From Paraglomus brasilianum (taxonomy: Eukaryota): a stretch of DNA of 64,000 nt. Shown in pieces: positions 26,853-39,904 of the stretch. Within the stretch, counting starts at the first letter, position 1, and each line of letters opens with the position of its first letter. The stretch spans positions 1-64,000 of the forward strand of contig CAJVPI010000008.1 in the NCBI GenBank assembly GCA_910592345.1. The letters are read 5' to 3'. Made by a program: the position numbers and the translations under genes. Below the pieces are notes generated by a model. It was not told the origin of the DNA. It saw nothing but the letters and a program-made list of their open reading frames with translations, and searched no databases.

Positions 26853-27242
26853 CACTCACCGGTAAAAAGTATTGACTCGGCTTAGTAAACCGTATGAAAT
26901 ATATATATTGGTACAGTCTAATTAACCTGGTTATAACGAATTCTATGGGCTGGAAAAAATATCTAATATTCCTTATAACCAAAGTCTCTTTTTATAGCAA
27001 AGATCATAATCATTTAATTTGGAGACAATCTTCAACAGATATTCGTTATATCCAAAGTTTGTTATAACCAGATTAGACTAAATATTTTCAGAAAATACAA
27101 TCGATTAGCTTCAAACGATATAAAAATTATTGCGACTTACATAGTACGTACAGACAATACAGAATAGAGGTTTTCAGAAAAACAAAAATAAAAAATTTCA
27201 TACGTTTTACTGAGCCAAGTCAATACTTTTTACCGGTGAGTG
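26853..27242. mobile_element. Tc1-like MITE with 48-bp TIRs and TA target-site duplication
   Basis: TA|CACTCACCGGTAAAAAGTATTGACTCGGCTTAGTAAACCGTATGAAAT ... ATTTCATACGTTTTACTGAGCCAAGTCAATACTTTTTACCGGTGAGTG|TA, with 3 mismatches. Confidence 0.9.
26914..27080. mobile_element. pogo-like MITE nested inside the 26853-27242 element
   Basis: TA|CAGTCTAATTAACCTGGTTATAACGAA pairs imperfectly with TTTGTTATAACCAGATTAGACTA. It shares the CTGG.TATAACGAA core with 5960-6125. Confidence 0.65.
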
Positions 27243-28745
27243 TATATTAACATCATACGCATCTTTCAACGACGACAGTCGAGAAATGAGAAAGATGTGA
27301 ACGGCGAAATATTCATGTGACTTTGCGCCGAAATTAGAATAGCACAAAAGATGGGTAGTCATCCCTCGTTTATATCCCCACTTTGGAGCGGAGACTTTCT
27401 GGGGATATATCTGAAGCTGGGATATACCATATATAGTTTGTTAAGAAAAACCCGGAATTTTACCGATTTGATAAAAACGCCCAATTTGTAAAGAATTTTC
27501 GATGCGTAAAAATGCAAATAAACATGATGTTTGAACATAAATAAAATGCTGTTTGCGACAAAAAAAGCTCTCTTACACATGCATACCTTAACCACATAAT
27601 GGCTATTTCGAAACAAGAACAACAACGGTAAACAATATTATATTTGTGGAACGAGAAAGTGCACAATGGTGCTAAAATACATGCACAAACACATTCTCTT
27701 TCCATAATCCATGACAATATTAAAAAAAAAAAAAAAAACTGGAATTGAATTAAAACGATACATTTTCCCATCTCCGTCGTACTGCCGCCTTCCTGTTTCC
27801 ATCGTACTGCTTATTATTTATTATTATATCCAATGATACTGCGGTCGTAATGTTGGTGTAACTCGTCGGAAATCACGGAGGAATACGTCATGCTCTTGAC
27901 ACTAAACGTGCGAGATAGGGAAAATTAAGAGGAAGAATTGAACATAAGAAAAGAAATGGTCAGAAGTAATTGACAAACCACGTACTGTAGCTTTCCTTTT
28001 TCATGATGATACTTGTCCATTGCTTTTTTGTTACATATTACGGTGATAAACAAATTAATTGTTTATTTCACTTTATCATAACCAATACATCAATAAAAAC
28101 TGTAACATTTGCATGATAAAATCCACTTGTCTTGTTTTAAGCCTAAAACAAGCAACAAATTAAAGTTCTGGTAGCAAATGAATATTTCACATAAAATGCG
28201 GTTAAGAGGTCAAAGTGGAGACTCAACTATACATAGATGTTTATGTAACACGAATAACATGTATAGTAAGGTGGGACATAGATCAGATTCTATGAGATCG
28301 GGATATGTTGCGGTAATACAGTATCTCTGAGGGAAATTCGTCCAACAATTGGGGGGATACAAGACTATATTTTGAATGTCGAAGTTTCTATAATCGGAAT
28401 TTACCTGCAGGCTCAAATATTATCCCTTCATTGGACATTCAGATGGCTTCTCCTCCGTAAATAGAAATATTATGAACTATACGACGTGTCGGTTTGTGCG
28501 ACCTGGCAGGTAAAGGAAGTTTCTGAACGAACTTGATCATGTATTATTTTATTGGACATTCTAATTTTAGTCTTATATTTCTTTTAACAGGAGTGTGTGT
28601 AATCCTAAAATTAGCGTGTGGCACACCTTTCATTGTACTTAAATAACGGAAAAGATTGAATTCAATCAGTGTTGCGGACCGAGTCTGGACGTTACCACAA
28701 TTACGCCCCCCTCGCCATTCTAACCTTCTTACGAAACTTTTAGAA

Positions 28746-29258
28746 ATGTCAACCAAAACTAATACTTATCCGCCTCCATACGATGCAACTGTGCTGCAAA
28801 TTCCAAGCATGGCAGCAACAAGTTCGCCGGGGTCGACTGTGTATATTCAAGATCCGCGGACGGGTCATTTGACTCCGGCGTTTATTCCAAGCGGAAATGA
28901 ACATGCGTATACAAATACGAGCGGAAATTACACTACGGGGAACGATAGCTTTCAATATGTTCCAGCTGGTAACCAAACCAGAATACCCAATCCAGCTTAC
29001 GTCCGACCAGACAGCACAATTACAGCGTCTCCGCCGAACGTGATTGTAAATGTTCATACTAATCCAAATACAAAGGGATGGTGTTCTTTTTGTCGTACGA
29101 ACGTTGATACATATGCAGACAGGGTGATTACGTCGGAGGCTTTAATTTGGTGTATAGTGTTGCTTATTCTCTTTCCGCTGTTGTTCTGGATTCCTCTTGT
29201 GTGGGGGCGTGCGAATGTCAGACTATGTTGTGTTTGTAAAACTCGAGTTAATGGGTAG
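28746..29258 (+). CDS. LITAF-like zinc-binding membrane-associated protein, 170 aa
   Basis: N-terminal PPPY motif and P/T-rich region, then CSFC, a hydrophobic segment and CVC(K) (CxxC...hydrophobic...CxxC). The first ATG is at 28746. Confidence 0.75.
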   Translation: MSTKTNTYPPPYDATVLQIPSMAATSSPGSTVYIQDPRTGHLTPAFIPSGNEHAYTNTSGNYTTGNDSFQYVPAGNQTRIPNPAYVRPDSTITASPPNVIVNVHTNPNTKGWCSFCRTNVDTYADRVITSEALIWCIVLLILFPLLFWIPLVWGRANVRLCCVCKTRVNG

Positions 29259-31531
29259 TGCTTCATAAACGATTGAAAGCCGTAAGTTGAAAAAAGGCGA
29301 TGGGTGTAGAGGGAAACCCAGGCAGAAGACGACTATCACAATATTATTTATATGGAACAGTGTATTTGTCTCTTTTTTCTTTCTTTTTGGACTCGAACAC
29401 TTTTTACAGTGAACAATGTTTCTTTATTTTTATAACAGTCAAAGGAACATAGCAGAATGAGCTATATGAAACACTTTTATCATTTTCCCAGTGGACAGTG
29501 AATTCTTTTGCTCTTTGGCGTTAAAATAGCTTTTTCAATTTTTGATAAAATTCGAGAGTAGGATTTAAACATAACCTGTTACCATAATGTAATATAAATA
29601 TAACAAACATATCAAATACAGTTCGTATCTACTGTTTTTTAACTTATATTCATGTATTATTGTTTGTAAATTGAAGTAAAGATATTATTCACATTAGTCT
29701 GCTTGACGGTACCGAATGGCGTATAACGGAGGTTCAAAATATACGGCTGATCGACAGTATGATGCGAAAATCGTATGACCAAAAATCGTATGAGATCTCC
29801 TCATCTGCTACAACCAATCACTATTCTACAATTTTATCACGTGATAAACTACTATTGAATTCTGGAGCCAGAATTCCTTGTTCGACTGTATACTATAATT
29901 TATGCTATATGAATTCAGCAGTAACCAAATTACTTTTTCCACCTGGGAAAAGGTTGTCTGTATAATGATTTTATATTTAATTTTCAGCCTGTTAAATCGA
30001 AATACCGTTCATTATACAGATACTGTATCCTATTGAAATAAAGATTCCCTCCTCCATCTTTTTGATAAAGAGTAAAAGTGAAAGCGGGACTACTTCCCTG
30101 GGGTGGCTTCATCTCTTGTAGAGAAATATTAATATCCGTTATTTACGTGTATTATCGGAAATGTTATTATTTTTGTCCTTTATTTTGATACTAATACTTT
30201 GATATAGGAATTCTATGACCAACAAACCGGGTTGCGGATACTCATTAGTTGAAGTTCCTTGTAAGGTCCTAGCAATTACATACAATTCTCTGAATTGATA
30301 CTTTGTATGTAAGAATCCTCGCGATTAACAAACCAGGCGACTAAGTATTCGATCATTGATACTTTGTCGTAAGATTTTGGCGACTAATAAACGAGACGTG
30401 AGATGTATCAATTTAAAAAGACTGCGATTATAAGACTTATGTTTAATACAAAAGAGGCTTCGTAATAGAAAAGACAATGTATAACATTGAGAGTTTAATA
30501 TACTCGTTAGAAGGTTGATACTCGTTCAATCAACAAAAGTCATTGTGAATTTATCGTTGCTTTGTTTAAGCTACTGTAAACCATTGATGAGAGGGAAACT
30601 ATGCCAAAATGTATTGGAACCACAGAGACACGAAGCGAAATGTTGATACTCTTTGACGGAAATACAATAGAGCATTACAGGGAAAGAGAAATATTAATGT
30701 TGAGGCTGAATCTAACCTTCATTAGCGAGATAATATTTACGAGTATAGTATTAAATATTATACTAATATGAACGGCATTCTTCGTCCGCTACTATGTACC
30801 AGGTACATGACCTTCAGTAATATATTATTCGTCATTGTTCTAACGGCAGTGTTATTAATTCCCTAAATATATTAACAAAATTAATAGGCCGTTAAGAGTA
30901 GTAATTTCTCATTCAATTGTTATATATTTATAACTATCTTTTGCCTAAGATATACTGTACCGTATATTTGCCATTGTATTGGTAAGTTTGTGACTAGTGT
31001 ATTACGAAACTTGAATCATGAAAGCGTAAAATCATTCATCTAGCAGAAAAGAAATTATTCTTTAGTAATTATTATTATATCTTATTGCAAAATTAACATT
31101 TATTACCATTGCTCTGAGTCATGTGTAAGGTACCTCATTTCTAAGCTAAACTTATTGATATTAATCAAAATAAGATTTGTTCACTATAATTTGCAAAGCA
31201 ATACATTGACGCGGGTGAAGTTCCTACTATAGATGAATTGAAGGATAGCGAAATTGGTGAATTAAGCCGGAAAAGAGTCCCATTGGTGTCAAAATGTGTT
31301 TGGGAGTGCCCGCATCGGAAACTGGCGGTCTCCAAGCTATGATATAACAATGAATTTTATTGATATCATATTGTACGTCTCATCATAACTTGTTTAGAAC
31401 GAAAATTATCAGTTTAACTATCGTCAGAAGCGTAATGTTATTGACATTCCGAGTCAAATGATATCATCAAGTCTGTTTTACATGCGTCGAAATTTTATGA
31501 TCCTTGGCAGCAAAAGTTCTGTAAAATCATT

Positions 31532-31770
31532 TGTCTAGCAATAGTGAAATCGTTCCTAGCAAGAAGGAAATTATTCTCTAAAGAAATAATTAGTTATGAT
31601 AATGTCCGATTTTAGAGATAGAATTATAAAGATATACTTAAGTAGAGTAGTATAATAAAGTTGGCTAAGTCGGTGGAAGCATCGACACTACAGGGCCTAT
31701 TGTCGCGGTGAGGGAGCGCGAAGAAAACCGCTGACAGTGTCAACAGTCTTATAATAATAAAGGCTTGACA
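31532..31770 (+). mobile_element. Possible solo LTR
   Basis: Starts TGTCTAGC and ends GCTTGACA (7/8 inverted match), with internal AATAAA. No TSD was found. Confidence 0.3.
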
Positions 31771-32029
31771 CCCGCAAATGTTGGATGTAATCCTGCTGTT
31801 AATGTAGATTTGCTGACACCTTGAGTACCCACAAAAGAATTCAATAGTAAAAGCAAGCATTTTTGATTTTGTGTATCCTTTATTAAGCACAGCTAAGGTG
31901 GACCTTTGCTGCTTTTCACATCATAAGTAATACATATGTTTGAATTAAATTATAACTAAGTTTAAGGATGCAGGGGAAGTTAGAATGACCCAGAGAAAGA
32001 CAGTTCTAGGCTAAAGCCTGACCATGTCA

Positions 32030-32220
32030 ATAATAGATTTGACAGGAGGCCAGAGATGCTAGAGAGGTAGACCAAAAGGAGAGGATGAGGTAGAGAGAGT
32101 TTGTTGGATTTCTTAGGTGGAGGGAATGGGCTTTACACCAAAGACATGGTGAGGGTATGCTTTCCAGATAGTATAGAGGGCTGCTTACTGGATAAGCCTC
32201 CCAGTCTGTTGGTGGGTGTG
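32030..32220 (-). pseudogene. Possible non-LTR retrotransposon ORF2 C-terminal relic
   Basis: The minus frame LIQ*AALYTIWKAYPHHVFG resembles the L1-clade post-zinc-finger IWK motif. The segment is GC-richer yet devoid of CpG. Confidence 0.25.
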
Positions 32221-32428
32221 ATCAGGGGCCTCTCTCACCAACTCTCTCACCAACTCGCTCTCTCTTCTCTTTGGTGACTAAAGGCGCCGCCTATTAAACA
32301 AATCGAGTTATACAGTATGGGACACAATCAATTTCATCGCATCACATGAAATCTATCATAAAAAAAAACCTATCCCCGATCCAGATAGAAACTCACTAAT
32401 ATCACATTAAGCATTCTCCTTATATAGG

Positions 32429-33617
32429 ATGTCTAATATACGAATTCTCGTCGGTAAATGCTGCTTCTCGATCTATTAACTACAATTTGAGCCTTTAACT
32501 TTGACCCTTATTTTACCTTTCTACCAAAAACAAAAGGCTGCAAACGTGTAATTGACTATGCAGTAAAGATCCGTGTAAATGCCGCTCGTACGGCGGTTGA
32601 GACTAATAACGTCAAACATTCCCTAAACCCATTTGACGAAATTGCTGTGGAAGAAGCAGTTCGCATCAGACAGCGTCTTCCGTCCCGTGTATCAGACATT
32701 ATCGCACTCTCATGTGGATCCGCAAAGAGTGCAGAAGTTCTAAGAACTGCCATGGCCATGGGAGCTGATAGAGCTATACATGTAGAAGCGGAAGATATTA
32801 AGTTGCAGCCGTTGAGTGTAGCCAAGTTATTTAGGGCAATAGTTGAAAAGGAGAAACCGAATTTGGTAATTCTTGGAAAGCAGGCTATTGATGACGATAG
32901 CAATCAGACTGGGCAGATGCTGGCAGGATTGTTGGGCTGGCCACAGGTAAAAAAAAAAAAGGACAGGAGCGAGAGATGAAGGGAGCATATTTAGACTGTG
33001 AATGCATGCGTATTGAGGGAGGGTGGGTTAGGCAGAAGATGACGCAATGGAAGGATGCCGTCTCTCTTGAGCGTGACGACGACGACGACGATTATTATAC
33101 GAGTTATATGGTGGAGTAACTGAATTATTCATTGCTAAAGTCATTTTCTTTGAAAAGATTACTTTCGCATCAAACGTAAACATTGAAGACGATAATCTAA
33201 AAGTTACTCGCGAAGTTGATGGAGGGTTGGAAACATTAAGCAGTAAACTTCCAGCCGTTATCACAGCTGATTTGCGGTAAGCAACAATTCGTCATTACAA
33301 TATTCTCATTCCTTAATGAAACCGTAATTTCTGAGAACTAATCTTTTTCTCTTTTATTGTTACTTTCCATCATCGCATTCTCATTCCCTTTAAACTCAAA
33401 CAAAAGACTTAATGAACCGCGCTTCGCCACTCTTCCCAATATTATGAAAGCCAAAAAGAAACCTCTCGTCACATACACCCCTCAAGATCTCAATGTAGAC
33501 ATAACTCCTCGTTTAGAGGTGCTTTCTGTAACTGAACCGCCACCTCGACAAGGAGGCGGTACCGTTGGAAGCGTTGATGAGTTGGTCTCTAAACTTAAGG
33601 AAGTTGGGGCACTCTAA
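32429..33617 (+). CDS. ETFB: Electron transfer flavoprotein beta subunit (exons 32429-32453, 32537-32946, 33158-33276, 33407-33617)
   Basis: [45 protein letters not shown] and [22 protein letters not shown]. Confidence 0.96.
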
Positions 33618-33783
33618 TATAGACTTCAGATTAAATAAAAATAGACGTGCAGTGTGCAGATACAAGAGAGGGGAAGGAAAGGGGAAGTAAAGAAAAATAA
33701 AGAAAAAGGGTGAGAGAGAGAGATAAAAAAGCGAAACGATAGACGGTGGAAAGGAGGAGAAAAATAGTTTACAAGATGTGATC

Positions 33784-34481
33784 TTAGAATTCAAGAGAAT
33801 CTTCATCGTCATTTTGAGATTGAGTATTTTGAGCTGTGTTATTTAAATAACAAGAAAAAAAATAATAAACGTTTTATGAACATTTGGTGAGAGGATTGTA
33901 ATGTTATAAACTAAATAATTAACAAAACCCCTGCTAGTCTCGGTCTCTCTCTTGTACATACCGTGTTCTGGATTATCAGTCCATCTATACCCACACGTTG
34001 TGTCAGCACAAACATAATATAAAGTCATCTTCGCATCTGCCCTACGTGAATGTGATTCAAAAAACACAGCTTCATTATGTCCACATTGCGGACATAGTTT
34101 CTCTGTACGGGGCAGAGTCGGATCTGCTGCGAGATCACTGATTATCTGCGTCTGCTCACTTTAGAAAAGGTGGGTGAATCATATTTTGAAAGGATTAATA
34201 ACGCATTGCCAATAGATCATTACAGATCAAGAGAAAGTGTACCTGTCTGGAGGGTCAATGTCATTCCTGTAGACTAGAGAGTTTTCCGATCCCTCTTGGT
34301 ACTCGCAATTACGACACGCATAGAGAAGTGTCTCCCGTTCTTTGTCTTGGCGGGGATACAGCATATTGTTACTGAGGTTCGTTCCCGAGAATTTTTTAGT
34401 TAAACGACCAAGAGTGAGACATTTCTACCGGAGACTATTTAGCTTAGCGTACCAGTCGGCACAAAACTTGAAAGTAGCCAT
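33784..34481 (-). CDS. RPB9: RNA polymerase II subunit RPB9 (4 exons)
   Basis: [28 protein letters not shown] and [29 protein letters not shown] give two zinc ribbons. The short last exon is acidic. Confidence 0.95.
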
Positions 34482-35437
34482 TTCTGTAGTTTACGTGTTG
34501 AAATCCCAATCTGCGACAAAGGCGAAAAAAGCTCTTGGTTGATCAATAACAGTATTTGAATGTCAAGCAACTTTTTTATTTGACTGGCTCAGAAAGTTGG
34601 TGCGACAATGCTAAACTCATCCAATTAAAATCCATATTAATATATGTAATGAGAAGATCTAGTTGAATTATTCATGTGTAAGTTGAACTCATACTACGCT
34701 TAAAGACATTCATCTATCAGATGGTAGCATTCATATTGGGACCTTAATCGCTAGTTTTAGAATATACAGTTGCTAGTAAAGTGCATTAAATACACATTTA
34801 TTTCGATTCCCTGGAGTGTGTCCATCGATTCACAAAACGCGCGTTATAATTGATATACTTGTGCCCTAACCTATATGCTAATGGTTGTGTTAAATCCTAG
34901 TTAAGGTCGAACTATATTTAGCACGTCAAATCCCAAGGTCAATATTCAAACGCTCTTCCTTAGATCATACTACAGCGGTGTTATATGTAATTAGCGTTAT
35001 AATGCCAAAACGAAATAAACATACCAGACATCGAATGCATACCAAAACCTACTTTCTGGCGATTGAGACATATTTATGCTGGTGATGTTTTGGTGTTGAT
35101 AGCGTTGCCTTTACCTAGCTTTCAGTAATTTAATCATCACGTGATAGTTTTTGCCAAATTCGTTGTTCCTTGGGCCGTTTTCATCATCATTGAGCATGTG
35201 GAGAGGCCATAAATAAGGTTTCTAGGCTCGATAGTGAGAGAACAGCTGATTTTTTTTCTTCAATTGCTTCCTTCAGGTGACTAACAAGTTTGGTTTGGTT
35301 AAATGCGTCTCGATATTAATATTAAAATTAAATCATCTTGATGACGTCACAAGTCAGATGTTCATTACTGACCATACGAATGCTTTTTTGGTGTTCCCGT
35401 AGTTTTTACCTCGCATATTTATACTTAGTGATTCCCA

Positions 35438-36983
35438 AGTAAGTTTGCCCTTCGCCTTTTTTCTACATATTGTTGGCATTTTTTTCTGTGTTCCTTCTTT
35501 TCTTATGCGTAACTTTTAACTTCTTCCATTAGTGAGTGTCCTGATCGAAACTTCAAATGGTGACATAGTGATCGATCTCTACACCAAAAGGTGTCCTCAA
35601 ACTTCTTTAAATTTTCTGAAATTGTGTAAAATCAAGTACTACAATTTTTGTTGTTTTCACAATGTGCAAAAGGACTTTATGATTCAAACAGGAGATCCGA
35701 CTGCTACGGGGAAAGGAGGAGAATCTATCTTCGGTATACTCCATGGTCCACAAAGACGGTATTTCCCAGCAGAGGTTCATCCAAAGCTAAAGCATAAGAA
35801 AAAAGGAACCGTATCCATGGCTGTTGCTAGCGACGGAAGAGAAGGCGGTGGAGTCAGCGGATCGCAATTCTTCATAACGACTGCTGATAATCTAGATTAT
35901 CTTGATGGAAAGTACACTGTTTTTGGAGAAGTTGCAGAGGGATTTGATACTCTGGAAACCGTCAACGATGCTTACTGTGACGAATCTGGTCGGCCATACA
36001 AAGATATTCGAATTAAGCATACCATAATCCTTGATGATCCATTTCCTGATCCAGAAGGACTCGTAGTACCCGACGAATCGCCTAAACCGAGTAAAGAGAT
36101 GCTAGAAACAATCCGTATCGCCGAGGATGAATCAATTGAGCCAGAACTACCCCCGGAAGAGCTTGAAAAAATGCAGCGACGGAAGGAAGCAGAGGCTCAA
36201 GCATTGACATTGGAGATGATTGGTGATATTCCATTTGCAGAAGTGAAGCCTCCTGAGAATGTATTGTTTGTGTGTAAGCTTAATCCGGTTACACGTGATG
36301 AAGACATGGAATTAATATTTTCTCGTTTTGGACCTATAAGTAGTTGTGAAGTCATACGTGATAAGAAGACCGGTGATTCGCTTTGTTATGCGTTCATTGA
36401 ATTTGAGAACAAAGAGGACTGCGAGACTGCTTACTTCAAAATGAACAATGTGTTGATTGACGATAGGAGAATTAAAGTAGACTTTTCCCAATCGGTGTCC
36501 AAGTTGCATAGAGACTGGGTTGTTTCGAAGATGAAAAAGTTGAGGGGCGCTAGTGGCTACGGTGGCTCGCAAAACTTGGAGAGAAAGTCACGGTATCGCG
36601 ACGAAAAGGAAGAGACAGAAGAGAAGTATGATATGGTGTTCAATCACGTTGGAGATTATGAGAGTGAGTTACGAAAACGTCATGCTGATGAAAAGGACGG
36701 TGAGCGATATCATGGTAAAGCATACGACATCGATCTTGACAAGCGTAGTAATAGAATGTCAGATACAAGTAAAGATCGTGATAAAATACAATCCCGCCGG
36801 AGGGATGATAGACCAGCAAAGTACTCATCAAGACGTTCGAGGTCGGCTAGTCCTCATAGTCCAAAGAGAGATAAATATGATAGACGTGACAGAGATCACA
36901 AATATGATAAAGATAGAGGTAGGAGAGGGGATCGTCATCAGTCAAGGGAACTATCAAGGGAGCGAAGGAGAGATAGATGGTAG
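35438..36983 (+). CDS. PPIL4: Cyclophilin-RRM protein PPIL4/Rct1 (start codon split by intron 35439-35532)
   Basis: Cyclophilin domain ([28 protein letters not shown]), RRM ([15 protein letters not shown]) and an RS/RD-rich tail. Confidence 0.95.
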
Positions 36984-37412
36984 GTACGAGTGTGAAATAG
37001 GGGATAGAGTTTGTTGAGTCAGATTCCTTAGATTCGAACGAATAAATGACTTTTTAAACGTGTACAACATGAGAACAACATGCCAAAGTTTCAATTCGCG
37101 ATATCAAAACAAAATATATTACGTATTTATATTTCGATATGTATTGATTCATGTTATTAATTATCCAAAACTTTGATACTTTATGGAAAGCTAAACATCA
37201 CACGATTTTAATGTTAATTGACAGTTTTCAAGTACAGATTTTTATTTTTTAGAATTGGGTTCAAAAGAAGTGAATACTCTTAAAAAAACCGAGCAAAAAG
37301 ATGAAAAGTAAAACAGCAAATAATAAAGTTCTTTTAATCAATATTTATAGGTAGTCGAACAAAAAATGTGTTGAAAAGAATCTAAGTAACAGATTAAGCG
37401 AGCATCATTTGT

Positions 37413-39904
37413 CTAGCAAGTTCCCTCCACATCGCAAGACTCTTCTTCATCTTCTTCCTCCTCTTCCTCCTCGATATTAGCCTTATATTCACGATATCCG
37501 GCCATTAACTTTTCAAATACAGCCTCATCATCCGCTTCATCCACTATCTTCACATTTCCTGTATCACTTGCTGACTTGGCTATTTTACCTGCGCCATCAG
37601 CTTTCTTTGTTGTTGCATCGACAGATTCGTCCACAACATCCTGCTTATCCTTAACAGTGGCCTCAACCTGTTCGGCGAGTTCAGCTTCGAATTGAAGCCT
37701 TATTAATTCTTCGTGTTGCTGTTGGAAGGCCTGGTCCGATAAGGCACGAGCACTTTCAATTCTTTCGAGTGCGTCAGTGGCGATGGTTGTTATCTCTTGG
37801 ATTCTAGTTTCATCAATACTGGATAAGACCTCTTCGGTAAATATACCAATAGATTTTTTGCCTTGCACAACATCTGCCGAGATCTGGGCTCTGGCTTGGG
37901 ATAGCCTATTTGAGTCGGCTTTGGGATGTTTTTTGATAATTGTGTCCAAATTGAAGTTGGCTTCACTCAATTGATTTTCTAAATTCAGCTCTGCAGCTTC
38001 ACGTTTGATAGATATCTCTGAACGAGCATTCTCTATAGCTTCTTTGGATTTCCTTTTGGTCTCTTTTGATTCAGTCTTTAAGGAATCTATGATTTCTTTG
38101 ATAGCAGCACCAAGAGCGTATGTTTTATCAGTCACGTTTTTGGTTGAATCGGCAAGAAGTTCGTCAGCACGTGTCTTTATACTGGATATTTGGCTATCGG
38201 CAAACGACTGAAGGTTGCTAATTTTCGTTGCGATTTCATCCGCTCGAGCTTTAGCTAAATTGTCGATATCGACTTTGAATTCAAAAATAGACTCGCTTAC
38301 GGTATCTTCATGTCGCGTAAGTTCAGACTTGGCGGCAATGTCGAGAGCTGCGTTAGCTTCTTGCTTAGCCTTTCTCTCGGCTTCTTCTCTGGCTTTACGC
38401 TCGGCTTCTTCTCTGGCTTTACGCTCGGCTTCTTCTTTGGCTTTACGCTCGGCTTCTTCTCTGGCTTTACGCTCAGCCTCTTCCTTGGCTTTACGCTTGG
38501 CTTCTTCCCTAGCCTTCCGCTCGGCATCTTTTTTGGCTTTGGCTTGACGCTCAGCCTCTTCTCTTATTTTGCGTTCGGCCTCTTCTTTCACTCTACGCTC
38601 CTCTTCTTCCTCCGCCTTGCGCTTGGCCGGGTCTTCGAACAGAACTTCGTATTTCTCCTTAATGAAGTCAATCGCAGCCATTATGTGGGGATGTACATGT
38701 TCATAGTAAGCTGGAATGGTGACCTCGTTATAAAACTGTTTGGTCTTTTCCCAACCATCGGTTGCTGTTGGTTTTACAGTTGTATAATAGATATCTGTTG
38801 ATTTATCCCATCCTTTCGCCAACACGGGAGATACCTCTTTCTTATACCATGGTAATATGACAGTCTTGTATTTTGATACACCTGCGTCATAGGCAATAGC
38901 AACTTTTTCCTTCCCTTGAGATGCATATGGACCGATAGCATGACTGAGCTGACCATAGTAGTTGTCTACATGTTCTTTGGCATTATCGTTGTAGGATTTC
39001 TTTACGTCGCGCCATAGAAGAGTGGTCGGAATCTTGACATACTCCACATAGTACGAGTATGCTGTTTGCAAATGTGGTTCAACAGCCGCGTATAGAGGCT
39101 TTCCGTGAGTCTCATACATAGGCTGGACTTGTTCTTCGATTGACACTTTTGCGACAGTTATAGATGGCTCGATGTATTTTTTGAAAAGGTCGTTCTTGAG
39201 AATATATCGAGATATACCATTTGTGCAAATAAGTTGGTTTGTCGGTGATGATTCAAGTTCGCTAGGCGTGATATCAGAGCAGACGAGGACAACATAGAAA
39301 ACGTATGCAAAGAAGAGGCGTTTTAGCGTGATTTGACCTAAAAGCTGGGAAACCATGCCTTTTGACTTCTTTGATTTTTTGGACTAATAGAATGAGAAGT
39401 TTATATGGTTTAGAAATAGATTCATTACTTTGTAGTAAAACACCAAACAGATAAAGTATTACCTTTGTATTCTTTTTCTGAAATGGGAATAATACGAACA
39501 GGTTCGAAGTTGGTTCATAATCAATTAAAGAGTTTAGTATACATCATTTCAGGTACCATCACGAAACAATTCCAATTGATTACTATGCTAATCCTGACTA
39601 GTAACCTCTCTTTAAACATCAAACAATAAACTGTTTCCCAACTATTTTCCGAGTTTCAATCGACTATTCCCAGACATAACTATTTTCCCATGTCTTCAAA
39701 ACTGACCTTTCCTCTTTCGGTGGCGCTTCCTCCGTCATTTACTGCCTTTTGCTTGTTTGGAAGTTCTTCAGTCGTCCTTAGAGACTTTTCACTTTCAACG
39801 TCGGGCGGAGGCGTGGGGGGCAAATCACTTTTCTTGCCGCCTCGTCCGTTTACTGACGGGTTCTGTTCTGACAATTGGGTTTTGTTTTTGGATTTCTTCC
39901 CCAT
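37413..39904 (-). CDS. Uncharacterised single-pass membrane protein with helical repeats, ER/K repeat and acidic tail (exons 39904-39707, 39477-39463, 39383-37413)
   Basis: The Lys-rich N-terminus is joined through a 15-nt microexon (KKNTK) to a TM segment (LFFAYVFYVVLVC), Y..V.P amphipathic repeats, EEAERKAR repeats and a coiled coil. Confidence 0.8.
38367..38625 (-). repeat. 24-bp coding minisatellite encoding EEAERKA(R/K)
   Basis: GCTTTACGCTCGGCTTCTTCT(C/T)TG units repeat on the plus strand and degenerate toward both ends. Confidence 0.9.

Noticed and set aside
27814..28020. Small two-exon minus-strand gene (MDKYHHEKGKLH|VKSM...)
   Set aside because: The intron looks plausible, but the product is only 40 aa with no recognisable motif. 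The downstream Cys-rich frame could not be joined.
29950..30450. F-box/LRR pseudogene with an imperfect ~57-bp repeat
   Set aside because: Only a CINLKRLRL-like fragment is visible and there is no coherent frame.
38215..38801. Antisense and alternative-frame ORFs over the repeat region (also 58651-59069 and 60622-60819)
   Set aside because: These are shadow ORFs produced by stop-poor coding repeats or microsatellites.
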